A DNA stretch of 64,000 nt, from contig NW_024704743.1 in NCBI RefSeq assembly GCF_018977255.1, forward strand, positions 54,438,001 through 54,502,000, given 5' to 3'. The number at the start of each line of letters is the position of its first letter. Position 1 is the stretch's first letter. Positions 37,565-50,208 of the stretch are shown here, one piece after another. A program made the translations under genes and the position numbers. Source of the stretch: Callorhinchus milii. Lineage: Eukaryota. A model generated the notes under the pieces. The model saw only the letters and a list, made by a program, of their open reading frames with translations, did not search any database and had not been told where the DNA came from.

Positions 37565-38640
37565 TTTAAAATGCTTCCATGCCAGTATTGCATAAGGTGA
37601 ATGGTGCCCAGGCATCAAGCCAGTAGCTACAAGCAATACATCTTAGAGACATTGATGTATAGTCAGTTGTGCTCTTGGTTGCTTGCTTGGTAAAGACACT
37701 GAGCAACGTAATTTTTTCATACAGACAAGGAAGGTCTCAGTCTATGCTGAATTAGCTGATTTCAACCAAGATAATATTAGAACTGTACAATTAATCTCAA
37801 TGCTTCTGAATAAAAATAATTATTGCATTTCATATAGCGCCTTTTATCAAAGCGTTTCAAAGAACTTACCAGGATTTTACTGTCAAGTATAGTGACTATT
37901 GGCGAATGTTGCAGCCAACTTGCACACAGCAACATCCTACAAAACAGCAGTGAATTGAATGAACAATCTTATCTGGGGGAATGTTGGCCAGGACATAAGG
38001 AGAAACTCCCTTCTCTTTTTCGACTAATGCCATAGGATCATTAGAATGTCAGCCTGGAACATGAGTTCAAAGTCCCAATGTGAGGCCTGAACCCACAACT
38101 TTTGTTTCAGAGGCAAGAGGGCTACCAATAGAGCCAGACTTAACTAAGGAGGGGAAAATGAGCTATAGATTCCAATACTGATACTGATCAGAGCAGCTAT
38201 GCCCAGTGAAACCAGGTAAGTGGGCAGAAACATAAATAATTTCCCTCTATTTAACCAAGTAGCACTGAGATTAATTGCACTTCGACCTTGCTTAAGGTCA
38301 CCTCCCCTCTCCTCCTGGCTCGGAGTCATGCTCCTCCACTGTCAAGTGCTCTGGGACCTACCCTGCCTGAGGGGCGCTATATGAATGCAAGTTGTTGTTG
38401 TTGTACTGTTGTACTAATGCCTTACCAATCTGGATAAAATCATTTCATTAAGAATAGACCTGTGATATTCCTTGTTTGTATGATAAATTTCTATAGCTCA
38501 GGTCCTTTACCAAGTGAATTAGTTATCAGGGAGTACAACTGATTATATGTCAATCCCTATTAGATATATTGTTTGCAGTTACTGGCTCGATGCCTGGACA
38601 CCAACCATCTTATACAATATTGGCATCAAAGCACCTTTAA
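37565..38640. repeat. Large imperfect inverted repeat (~230-bp arms) enclosing SINE and L2 fragments
   Basis: 37565-37790 is the diverged reverse complement of ~38400-38640. For example CCAGGCATCAAGCCAGTAGCTACAAGCAATACATCT pairs with AGATATATTGTTTGCAGTTACTGGCTCGATGCCTGG. Confidence 0.8.
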
Positions 38641-41600
38641 TGGTTAAATGCCCTAATAGATAGGGCAGTTCCAATTGGACAACTACTACAAAACACACCC
38701 GTTACAATTATTGTTTGGCTGAAATAATTTGGCTTTATACGGCTGAATAACCTTTTTTTCTTCCAAGCTTTATTCTGTTGTTTATCTGAATTAGTCTACA
38801 ATAATTGGGGTCAGGATCAGATGTTGTTTTAAATGAAATTGACTGAATCTAGGTAGGATGTAAATGGACTACTATTTCAGTTGTACATGCACTGGATTGG
38901 ACCTCAAATAAGCCAATATCTGACCTCTGCTTGATATTTTGAATTGAGTTTCAGATGGTGAATTAATACAATTTTTAAGCCAGAAGGACATTGTGGTAGA
39001 TTTCATGCTAATTCAAATAAAAGGTTCAAACAGGCATTGGATTTGCAATATGTTTCAAAGGCTGATGCCTTCTTTCCCTTCCAAGTCATGAGAGTCCCTG
39101 TACCATTTTCAAATCTCTGCATCCTCTGATTATTCTCTGCCATTTCTTCTCCATATGTTTACCTTTTATCTGTATTAATATTTTTAAAGAGCAGGTTCAC
39201 AATTGCTTCTTTTAATAATGTTGTATTCAACATTCTTGGCTCATTACCTAGGATGGTTCAAGAACTGACTGGGTCTAGGAGGAGTAAGATATTGATGCTC
39301 CTGAAATTGATTCCTGTGATATACTGCCTGAGATACTTTTTATTCATATGACATGGTGAATCGTGGCTGATTTCTCCTTCGTTACCTCTGAAAGACTGAG
39401 GCCAATTGTACCACCCCAATTGCTGCACCAGCTGTGATCAGTTAGCTCAGACCAGCAGGATTGAAATTTGTGACCTCCAAGTCTGCATGACTTAGTATTT
39501 CACCAGTAAGTGCCTTTACTCATGATGATACACAATAATAATTCTTGCATTCAATATGAAGACTTTCACATTTGCAGGATGTGTCAAAGCCCTGCCCAAG
39601 ATTTGCTGTAAAGTAGAGTGATGTGTATTTTGTAGTCAAACAAATGGATTAAGATCATCAGGGCAACTGGAGATGTCAATTCATTCAAAATCTTAAAAGC
39701 TAATATCTCTACACCATGGGAAAGAGAAGTGGGTGAAGGAATTCTTGGCATTTTTGACATTTCCAAAAAGCCTTTTTCCAAATCAGGTGATCTGTGGCAA
39801 ACTATGGCAATCTGGACTTAATTAATTTCGTGCAATTATTCTGACCTTTCCATTATTGCTCTATGTAATGCCCTTTCAATAACTGCAGTAATATACCAGT
39901 AATGTAGCATTTCAATCAGTTTGAAATGCTACATCACCATTACCAGTGAGGTATGCGTATACATATAAACACATGCACATTTACAAATCAGGTGGAAGTC
40001 ACACATGAAATATTAAACCTGAAATGGTTTTCACTGTCCGATGTAGATTAACCAGGACTTTCATAGTTTCTGTTTATTTTTTATCACACAATTATTTGTT
40101 TAGAAAGCTCTTTATAAACCTATTCACTACCCAGGGTCTCTTGGTCATAGCTGCTGTACAATGCTTCCCTGTCTCATCATTCTCATCAGTCGCAGCCTTG
40201 GTTTCTGTACTGGGATCACAGAGAGTAGCAAATTGGAATCATCTCTCAATTGATGCAGGATGGATACGCACATTGACTCTCAATGACTTCAAGCTCCAAA
40301 GAGGGTGAAACAATGATTCATAGGGCAACCTCTACACTATTTTTGAGAGTTTGGCAAATTGTTCCCAAAATAAAATCATGTGGATGCTGTAAATCTGAAA
40401 TAAAAAGTGAAAACGAGAGAAGTGCACAACAAATCACTCAGCACCTGAAGGAGAGGGAGGTTAAAAGAACAAAACAGACACGATGGGCTGAATGGCCTTC
40501 TTCTCTGCTATAAATTTTTGTGGTACCAAGCTAACCTTACTGGTTTGACCCTTCATTGGAATTTGATGGGAAGGGAGATAGTTCAATATTATGTTTAATG
40601 ATCTGAGATAATAACATAATAATTATTGTGTTTAATATAGTGCCTTATCACATTGTTGCGACATATCAAGCGCTTCAGAAGATTTTCTTATAATAATAAT
40701 AATCCTTACATTTGGTAGAGCGCCTTATCACATCTTCGAGACATCTCAAAACGCTTTGAAGAATATATTGTAAAGTGTGGTGACTAAGTGTTTTGTGGGA
40801 GAATCTCGGAAGCCAATCACGCACAGCACAAACAGTCATGGATTGAGTGACCACACTATTATTATATTGTAATATATAGATTATTTCCAGTGTCGTTTAA
40901 CTTATCTTATGTATTAACATTAAAAAATGATCACTATAATGTGCAGTAGGAAGGACCATGTTACAGAATAACAGCAGTAGAATAACAGTAGTATTACCAA
41001 TGCCAAGCTGGATCTTTTTACCTCTGTATGGTGTACCAGTGCCTTGGGATGTCCTCCCAACGTGAAAGGCGCTGTACAATGTAGTTTTGTTGTTGTGTTG
41101 TCCTCTCTCTAATCATCAAGTTTGTAAAGGAAAGAATCAGGAACAAATTATATCTTTGTTCAGGTATTTCGAGCAAATTCCTGAAGGTACTGTGGGTGAA
41201 CACCCAAACAACAAAAACAGACACCTGGGGTTGGCAATTGACTGAGAGACAGTCTGTGTGAGGAGCTCATAGTTAGATAGAGAGTTACACAGCTTCTAGG
41301 GGAAGGAAGGAGGGGGAGGAAGGTGGATTTAATTTATTGAGAGTGTCACTCACAGGAAAACTGAAAGAAAGAGACATACAGTATTGACTTCTGTAATGAC
41401 AACCCCTCCTCCCTGTACACATATTCTCCCACTGATAATTTCTATTTTTTGTACCTCAACCCCGGTGTGATTAGCGATGTTACCTCACCACACTATAAAA
41501 TGTCTTTTACATTTTCCTTTTGAAACTCACAGAATGCAGTTTTATACTGTTTTAGTACTGTCTGTTTTTAAAGTATATACAAGACCACGTGTTGCACATT

Positions 41601-43641
41601 TTTTGCTCATTAGTTGTTAGCACGCTATGGAAGTTCTTGTTAAATGTAATGGCTTGTGTTTTACTCTTTCATGCCTGATATATTTTGCCCATTAAGTATT
41701 CAGTTTAGCAAGATTTAGGTTAGTGGATAGAATGTCTGCTCTACTCTTGGTCTCTAAAATCCATATATATTTTTTTGAAAAATTGGGTCTGCTCATATCA
41801 CACACTATACAATATGTCAAATGTGTAGTCATGGGTCCTTTAACTTTTTACCTCAGAAATAACGTTTTTTAGGATAAAATGATCTAGGCAGAAAAAAAGC
41901 ATAGAAGTACAGTCATGATATATTTTTNATATCAACAGAATTAAGTTTACATGGATATGGCGCTCTGTGGAATAAATTTAATATGGAATAATATGGAACG
42001 CATTTAATGCAAACAATATATATTAGTCAACGATCTGCTGACTGGCGTGAACTATTTGAAAATATCGGGATCATGTTCTTAAACTTACACGCCACTGTTA
42101 TGTTAGCAGGCACCCACCCCCATTGACCTCTATAACCTAAAGATCCGATTACAGGTTGTAGTCAAGCGGAAATAAACACCCACCAAATACCCTGAACAAA
42201 AAACACTCTTCTCCATTCTTTCGAGGCTCTCAGTAATTGGGCGCAATGTCAAGTTCACACATTGTTTTTGCTGCAGAGTATGAACCAATTGATCGATTAA
42301 CCAAAGCAGAGAAAGCGGAAAAAATAAATATCATAAGTAACACCCTGCCCCCCAAAAAAACTAAAAGATTTCCATTTTTTAAAAAAACTCTGAGCAGAGA
42401 ACTAAGGATAAGTTATTGCCATAAATCCGTTTTAGTTACACATCAAATGCATTTCGGGGAAGGAAATGTTCACCGATTTTAAATGTGTTTGCTTTGAATA
42501 TCATCTTAGAAAGTGCAAACGAAGTCATGTTCATGTTTTAGTTATGATCAATGCTCTGGGGAGCAACATAACTCATTTAAATTACATATAAGAAGATAAC
42601 TGGTGGCTGTTCAACTTAAACTGGTTCTTGGGTTCTGATATCTGATCCCAGGTGTGTAAATAAGAAAGCTCGAAATTCAAATTGTACAAATATTATTGGA
42701 GCTTTTCTGACAACGCTCAACAACTAATAAATTCGCAGTACTTGTTAGGGCCAATAAAATACATTTAACACACATGTCCTGCAAACGTACTATTCAAACA
42801 CACTGACTCAAACACACAACCATTCCCATCGCTTTGGTTGTAGATTCACTGACTGCAGAAGATTGCTGTGATACTTTTACTGGTGGGTATGCAAACATCC
42901 TTCTGCTTTAACATAAGAGCAGTCTCCAGAGATTTATCCTGTCAACTCGTATCGGTGAGAGGTTCTTTAAGTAAAGTCACTGGAAGGGTCGAAAGTGCAA
43001 TGTTTAGCTTAACGTAAACCTGTATATTTTTAAAAGACTTGATTTAAATAGATAATCTAATAAATGTAGCCAGTCCTGGGAATAATGCCAACTGGTTTTA
43101 AAGTAAACTCAAAACACTGAATAACTTATGTTTGCTAAGTTCCAGGCGCAGGGAATTGTTCAGCAGTTCATTTAGACTCAGCACAACCCGCTGTCAGGAT
43201 GTGCAGCAGCCACTCACCTGGTAAGTGTTTGAGGGCCGAGGGGATGCTTTTTGCGCCCTTTCTTACCCGACCAGAGGTCTCAGAACCCACAAGTTCAACC
43301 TGACCTGCCGACCTCGTTGAGCAACAAGCATTTCATTTGTTTTGCTTAGTTTTCGGTGTTTCGTTTTCAGTAAAGATGCAATTAAGCGTCAAACACTGAC
43401 TTCTATGATAAAGCTTCAAAACGCCGACCCTAACCAGTTCCCTCCATCCCCCACAAAACACAGGCTAACTCGGTGTCTGTAACGCGGCATTAAATCATCT
43501 CTTCATTCTTCCTCTCCTAGTTCTCTTATATGTTACCTGTCTTGTCTCTCCAACTTCAATGTTCTGCTCCTATCTATGCAATTTATATTATCTCTGTTTT
43601 TCACTTTGAGAAAAGAAATATAATCATATTGCATTTATTTC

Positions 43642-43686
<45 letters not shown>

Positions 43687-43697
43687 GGCAGGCAGGC

Positions 43698-43750
<53 letters not shown>

Positions 43751-43790
43751 CATAGATACATAGATACATAGATACATAGATACATAGATA
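43642..43790. repeat. Compound microsatellite (CAGA)n(CAGG)n(TAGA)n(TAGATACA)n
   Basis: Directly visible. Confidence 0.95.
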
Positions 43791-44758
43791 ATATGAAAAA
43801 ATCATTCAGAGAGAATGCAGACTGCTTAACCTGAATTCATAAATATCTGGTAGGTTAATGCATCTGATTACACATGTATGTCTTGTACTGCAAGATATGT
43901 TATTTCCTTATGGACAAAAACAGGTCTTGCTTTTCCATTATACTTACAAAATTATTCGCATTATTTATGCTACATTGAGCGATCTAATTTCTTCGTGATA
44001 GTCAGCTAATTGCTCTGGCAGGTAATTAGAAGCAGTTTACGTCGCAAAGGGCTTCGCAGTTCACCTCGTATTATATAGTTGCTCTGTAAATTATACCATA
44101 TTTGCAAAGATCTTTTCAGCAAGTCCCTGCGATCAATGCTGTAATACTTTTTTTTCTTGGGATCGCGCTGAATTATTCTAAAGCACGCGATATTAAACAC
44201 ATTTGTTCATGTTCAGTGGTCCGGAATAACGTGCCCATTATGGAAACGAATGGGACAGGTTTAGAGCAAGATTTCATGATGGCAATGTACAACAGGCATG
44301 TGGGGAAATGATGGTATAAATAGGGACATCTGTTCAGCGTTGCCCTTAAACTTATATATTGCGCATATCCGTGTGTCTTATATTTCATAATCTCCGATTT
44401 AGTCTATAGATAGGCTTTCCACTATATATTTGCAGGGATCATAATGATTTTAGACTATTTAGTGCAAGGCAATTATTGTGCCAACTGTTTTGTGGTGTAA
44501 ATGTAGAATGCATTTTATTGTATGTAATTCTTTGTTTCAGTAAGACCTTGAACAAGGTTTTTAACACATCTTTTGATTCCACCAGAGGACGAGCGGGTTC
44601 CTAGATTATTTGTAATTAAACATTATTCCCAAAGTAACATTTATCTTCCCGGAGCTGCGATTGCAATTGTCAACCGTCTGGAGGAAAAGGTTGATAATCT
44701 CCTTGTGGTATCACTGTGTTTTTTTCTAACAGGACTCAAACCTATCAAATCGATAATG

Positions 44759-44803
44759 GAGAGAGAGAGAGAGCGAGAGAGAGAACGTGTGAGTGTGTTT
44801 GTA

Positions 44804-44836
<33 letters not shown>
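44759..44836. repeat. (GA)n and (CA)n microsatellites
   Basis: Directly visible. Confidence 0.9.
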
Positions 44837-44837
<1 letters not shown>

Positions 44838-45779
44838 GGAAAAATCTCAAGGAAAAAATGCAAACTGAGGAAAGACACGAGAAAGGCAAAAAGAGAGAGG
44901 GAAGCAAATGATGAAAGCAAAGACATATGTAGATGTCAAAACTGAGAGTATCTGTACTGCGTGGGGGGAAGACAGGGGGAATAATTGCAAAGAGAGAAAC
45001 ACATGAGGAATGGGGTGCAAGAGAGGGAACAGAGGCAAAACTGGCGAGTGATGGTAAGATGTAAGTGGGTGAAATGTTGATTCAGATAGGGAGGTGGCAG
45101 ATCGAATGGAGACGGAGAAAAAGGTAGGAAGTCGGGAAGTGCAGAATACGTTCAAATACACATAGATTAGAAGCAGCTAAAAGGAGGATCGAGAGGAAAA
45201 GGAGCAATGCAAGACTGGAATCAGGCAGAAAGGTGAAGGTAGGATCGAGAGAGTCACCGAGGGCTGTGAGGAAACGGAAAGCATGGGAGGGGGAAAGGAA
45301 AGAGAGAAAAGCTAGTGACAGGAACCTGGGATAAGTAGGTACACGCAGAAAGAGAAACAAAATGTGAGAGGTCAATAAGTAAGTGCTTTGATTATCCTTG
45401 GAACTACAAAGATAAACATATGACAATGTGTACTGGATAATTGCGGTGTCAACAGATCAAAATTTATTACAAGCTTCATAACTGATATCCCGGGGGTGAA
45501 GTGTTTTGCAAACCGTCCATCCACCGATCCAGTCTCATTAATTACAACCTGATTCAGGCGTTTGCCTAAATCATATCGGAAAACCTGAGCGGAAACTTAA
45601 TTTGGCTGAAGCTCACGGTTTACCCGGAGACAGTGAGAAACGGCCAGGCTACTGAGGGTGGAAGGTTTGATCGGCGGGTTTTTAAACGTCTCGGTATTTT
45701 TCTGTTGCAAAATTAAGTAATAGATATGTCCAGATGCGCCTCAGGTTGATCTTCGGATGTAAATTAGATACCTAAAGCT

Positions 45780-46780
45780 GTTCTCCAAATCGAAGAAACA
45801 GAGAAATTAATCTGTGCAACTATCAATCATAGCCTGTAATAAAGCAACCGACATGGATGAGACACATGATATGATTAAGGAGCTGTGGTCGTTTTAATTA
45901 ACTTTTTGCTGTCCTGTAATGATCAAACTGGTCAACAGACCCGGTCAATAAGCATGTTAATATCAAACAAATAAAACCGGGGATGATTAAAAACCTCCTG
46001 GTTTATTAAATTTGAAATTCAAATGAAATTTATGCTGCTTGCGCATGGAGAATGCTAATGCGCGCTTTCTTTATTAGGGGAGAACTTGCCTTCTGCTGGA
46101 ATGATAAGTCTGTCTTCTGACACTGAAAAAATCTGCTTGAAAGTATTTTCTCTTGAATTATTTGCAGTTACTACAATTGGATAAGACAGTCTAATCTGTG
46201 CTTTTTAACTCTTTCGTGCCAGTTTGGATAAGCTTGTTACCACAAGTATTGGAGGAAAAAGTGACATTTGAAAGGAAATCATGAAAATAATTATTAATAT
46301 TCTATACATTTTTAAAAAAAATACACATGCATCAGTCTTACCGCAACATATGTTAATATTCAACCAAAAATAAACCTTACTAACAAGTTCAAGTCACAGA
46401 GTTGTCAAAATATTACTTTGAAAAGTTGCAAGTATTTTCTTCATTAAAAAGTTTCTTGATTTGAAATAATCGGAAAGTGCAAGAGTTTTTTTCAAAAATA
46501 ATTGGCGATTATTGGCTGACTGAATGCGAGAAGGATATTGTTTTAATGCAAAGGGGTTACCGTCTCATTAAGTGACGGCGGTGCCGTATTTCTGATTATT
46601 TTGAATGTCAAACACAATTAGGTTCGCAGTCTTTTGCCCGTGTCCTTTGTCGTTTTGGTGCGAGTGAAGAGCCAGCACCGGGGGATGTTTGACTGGAGGA
46701 GTGAATCAACTTAAATGGAGCACAAACCCTTGGCAAACTCCTGTGCTGAACAAAATCAAAACGCCGCAAACTTTTACCAG
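45780..46780. promoter_or_regulatory. Candidate proximal conserved non-coding elements 2.6-3.6 kb upstream of sp8
   Basis: Two unique, repeat-free blocks (~45780-46250 and ~46430-46780) rich in TTAATTAA, TAATTG, CATTAAG, TGTCAA and CTTTGT motifs. Conservation not tested. Confidence 0.4.
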
Positions 46781-48746
46781 CTAACCGTTAAATATATGTT
46801 TGCTGGAGGGGGGGGAGAATATCGCGCATAAAGGCATCCAATGGGCAGATGATATGAAATTGCAAATCGTAAATACTTTAAAAAAAACTAAAATTCAAAC
46901 GTTCAGTAAATAATAATAACATCCAGCAAATGCACAGTGTGTGCAATTACCACGTAGTATAAGGGCTGTGATTATAATAGATTCATTGTATTGCGGCTTC
47001 TGCACATGCATTGCCCATTAAGACCCTTTGCTATGATTACTTTAGGCACTTCGCCCAAAAAATCGGAATCTATGTCTAATTAGTATCTATACCGGTAGTG
47101 TATTGGCCTCTGTGTCCCGCAATCTATTTGTTTCCAAATATTTCTCAGAACGGTTATTTTTCCCACTACAGCATTTGAACCTATAAAGAGTGTGAAGTTA
47201 TGGAAGATAATCGCTGAACTTGTGACATAAATGTAAAGGAATATGTGTGAGTGAGAACGAGGCGAAACGTACAGATGCGCGAAGGGCGTTTGCACCTCAA
47301 AAAAATGTTTGAAAACGGTTGACCCCCCAAAAAATCGATCGCGATCAATAGCCTCGACGAGAAACAATTGTTTTAATGACTTATTGTCTGTTCGTGTGGG
47401 TGAAACAGTGAAGGCTGTAGCTTGGCGGAAATCTTTTCGCATTTCGTTTGTCAAGATGATTTACTGGAAACAGTTGTGATTTTTAAGTCACGATGTGTAC
47501 ACGTGTACCTGACCATACGCTCATATTTTCCTATTCCCTGTGATCAGAGACTGTGATCGAGGTTATACAGGTGGATTCACTGACTAGTCGATAATTTCTT
47601 TTGAAAGCTAAACACGTACATCGTCTGCAGATGGTATTGTCAGTTGTTCTCAACAAAGCTTGAACTATATATATATATATTTGACTTAAGAAAATCAAAT
47701 TCATCGGTCGCGCTGAGAAAGAACTAAAGCGTTGAACTTTGGTCCATTTGGGGGGAAATATCGATAGCACACTTTTTTTTAAAAAAAATCACATCATTAA
47801 AGAGAGCGGTAAGGCAAAGTTAATTCTTTTATTTGTTAAACGGAGTTCCCTCCTTTTCCCACCCCTTCCTCCTTCTGGGCTGTCCAGTCACGCCTTCTCA
47901 ACATGCTAAAATCATCACCATCAGCAAGCTCAAATAAACACGGCATTAATTTTCATGAACACGATCGTTTCAACAATGAGAAGTGTTAATAGGGTTTCCC
48001 TCCAACTACCATATGCATTTGAACAAATCTTGCAACATAAATATAAGAGCGTAGTGTGGCGTATAGACATGTAGACGTGTAGAAAATAGTTGCGTTTTGC
48101 AGGTTGTGCGTTTTCAGTTCATTCTATGCCACCCATTTTTTTCCCCCACTGGTTTTATAATCCACTGATGTATGAAATCAACAGTTTACGTGTGGCAGAG
48201 GAACTTCAGTGACGAAATGGGTTTGCTTCAAATCCTCAATGCGGTGACTTTGTATTTCATAATACTCGTTCGTGGTTAAACTGGCGGAACGAGTCAAAAA
48301 CAGCCAGTTCTAATGTGAGGATCAATTGTACAAGTTGACCAGCAAGCATTGCTTGTGGAAATAGAGATATCCCCTCATGCGGTTGTCAGGTTCTGAAAGA
48401 ACACGCAGACAGAATCGCAGCATTTCAAAGTTGTCTTTTTAGCAGTAAAGATTTTTTTTAACACAAATCTTCCAAAACACGGAAGTATCAAAGGGCTCGT
48501 GTCAAAAACAGGGCATAATTATACATGGCCAGCCCAAAGGATCAAACGCTGGCAATATTGTTGGAATGAAAGTACATGATCCATCTTTGTTGATGATCTT
48601 TGCCTCCAAAGCACGACGGTGTGAAGCAAAACAATTAGAAGACGGTTATTTTTTCGCTCCTTCTCTTAAAACAACAGCGTGCTATTTTCTTAAAAATATA
48701 TCTTTTTGCATGTGCATAAAGCTTTGCAACAGCATAGGAGATGTGC

Positions 48747-48785
<39 letters not shown>

Positions 48786-48939
48786 GGGAGAGGGGAGTAG
48801 AGGGGGGGGGGAAGCATCAAGAGAAAGACATGCTAATGGACTAAACAAGTTAAAGATCACGGCGGGTCAAGGACTGCCTGGTTCTCACAATTGATGCTGT
48901 TGAGAGAGCACAGGGCGAGGCAAAGCGTTATACCCCTTA

Positions 48940-49018
48940 CAGATAGATCGATAGATCGATAGATAGATCGATAGATACATAGATAGATAGATAGATCGAT
49001 AGATAGATAGATAGATAT
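48940..49018. repeat. (GATA/GATC)n microsatellite immediately upstream of the sp8 promoter
   Basis: Directly visible. Confidence 0.9.
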
Positions 49019-49139
49019 AAAGAAGGGAGAGCCCGTTGTTGAACAGGATCTCCAAGTGAGAGCCCAGAGCCCCCGCAGCCCCCGGTGTGCGCTCTGTGCT
49101 CTGTGTGTGTGTGTGTGTTTTTTTTGGGGGGGGTTTGCG

Positions 49140-49335
49140 AGGAGCTGAGTGGTTGAGCGGGTCGGGTGACGTCACAAGGCGGCGTGTCACCGGAGCGGCG
49201 CGGCCCCTGATTGGCTGCCGGGGTCTGAGCGGTACTTCAAAGGCGAGAGAGGCGCTACAATTGCGGTTGAATGGGGCGGAACTGATCATTGTGTTGCACA
49301 CCTCTAAAACACTGCTCTGATTTATAAATACCCAA
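49140..49335 (+). promoter_or_regulatory. sp8: sp8 proximal promoter (CpG-rich)
   Basis: Perfect CRE TGACGTCA (49167-49174), inverted CCAAT box CTGATTGGCT (49207-49216), TCF/LEF site CTTCAAAG (49235-49242), GC box GGGGCGGA (49273-49280) and TATA-like TATAAATA (49323-49330), just upstream of the ATG. The TSS is not determinable; the TATA-like motif could lie in the 5' UTR. Confidence 0.8.
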
Positions 49336-49386
49336 AAAAAAAGAGAGAGATCCTCCTGAGGAGGGCAGTTTTTTTTTGTGTGTGTG

Positions 49387-49407
49387 ATGGCAACTTCACT
49401 TCTAGGG
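49387..49407 (+). CDS. sp8: Transcription factor Sp8, coding exon 1 (MATSLLG)
   Basis: ATG GCA ACT TCA CTT CTA GGG followed by the canonical donor GTGAGT. A phase-0 join to exon 2 gives [24 protein letters not shown], the known SP8 N-terminus. Confidence 0.95.
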
Positions 49408-49551
49408 GTGAGTCTAAGGATTATTTTCTTGCTGGTTTAATTAGCTCTTGATTGTCGGATCCAGAGGGGTTAAAAAAAAAGCGGTCAAGACAGGGCTATC
49501 AGTCTCCTGTTGAGACCCCCCTCTCCCCTCCCTCTCCCTCCCTCCCCACCC

Positions 49552-49584
<33 letters not shown>

Positions 49585-50208
49585 CTCTCTCTCTCTTTTT
49601 TAAAAAAAGCAAAAGAGGTAAAAGGAGGGCCAAGTCGCATTTTGGTTTGGCACAGCTCTTCAGGGGCATTTGCACGAACATCCCATCCTCTAAGCGCGAT
49701 CCCACCGAGACGGTGAGAAAGAGAAATAGAGGCCAGCTTTCCTTTTTTTTTCACATGTCAGCAAGAGTGAAATTTTAAATTACCTTCCGATTTATTCTTA
49801 CCATCTTCCGCGTTCTACAGGTATGTTTAACTGAGCTTTTTTTTGCTACTGTTTGTGAAGTGACGCCCTATCTCTCTTTGATTATTAAACTCCAGCAGCA
49901 AGTTTACACAACCATTAAAGGAAGACTCCCCCCCCCCCCCCCCCCCCCCCAATACACCATAAATGCTAATACGCTGCTTCCTTACGTTGGAAATCTCTAG
50001 CTGCAAGTCTTTTTTAAAACCTATTGATCTATTGTAACAGCAGTACTACCAGCAGTATTGCTACTTATTCGAGAGAATTTTAAATTCTAGCGCTTCTTTA
50101 ACTGCGCCTTTGTGGTCTGGTTGTGAAATCGGATGCTGTGAGTGGGTTACCGTCCAACTTAGTTTATTGCAACTGTTTGCATTTTCTTGTTTGCATTTTC
50201 TTCTGCAG
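49408..50208 (+). other. sp8: sp8 intron (801 bp, GT-AG)
   Basis: Donor GTGAGT at 49408; polypyrimidine tract and TTCTGCAG acceptor ending at 50208. Confidence 0.92.

Noticed and set aside
9402..41928. Single N bases at 9402, 19686, 26202, 31875 and 41928
   Set aside because: All adjoin A/T homopolymers, so they are consensus-calling artefacts rather than biology.
50110..50208. N-terminal 33 aa of the 496-aa ORF in the track
   Set aside because: This is intronic read-through from a TTG start; it contains the polypyrimidine tract and acceptor. The real N-terminus comes from exon 1 at 49387.
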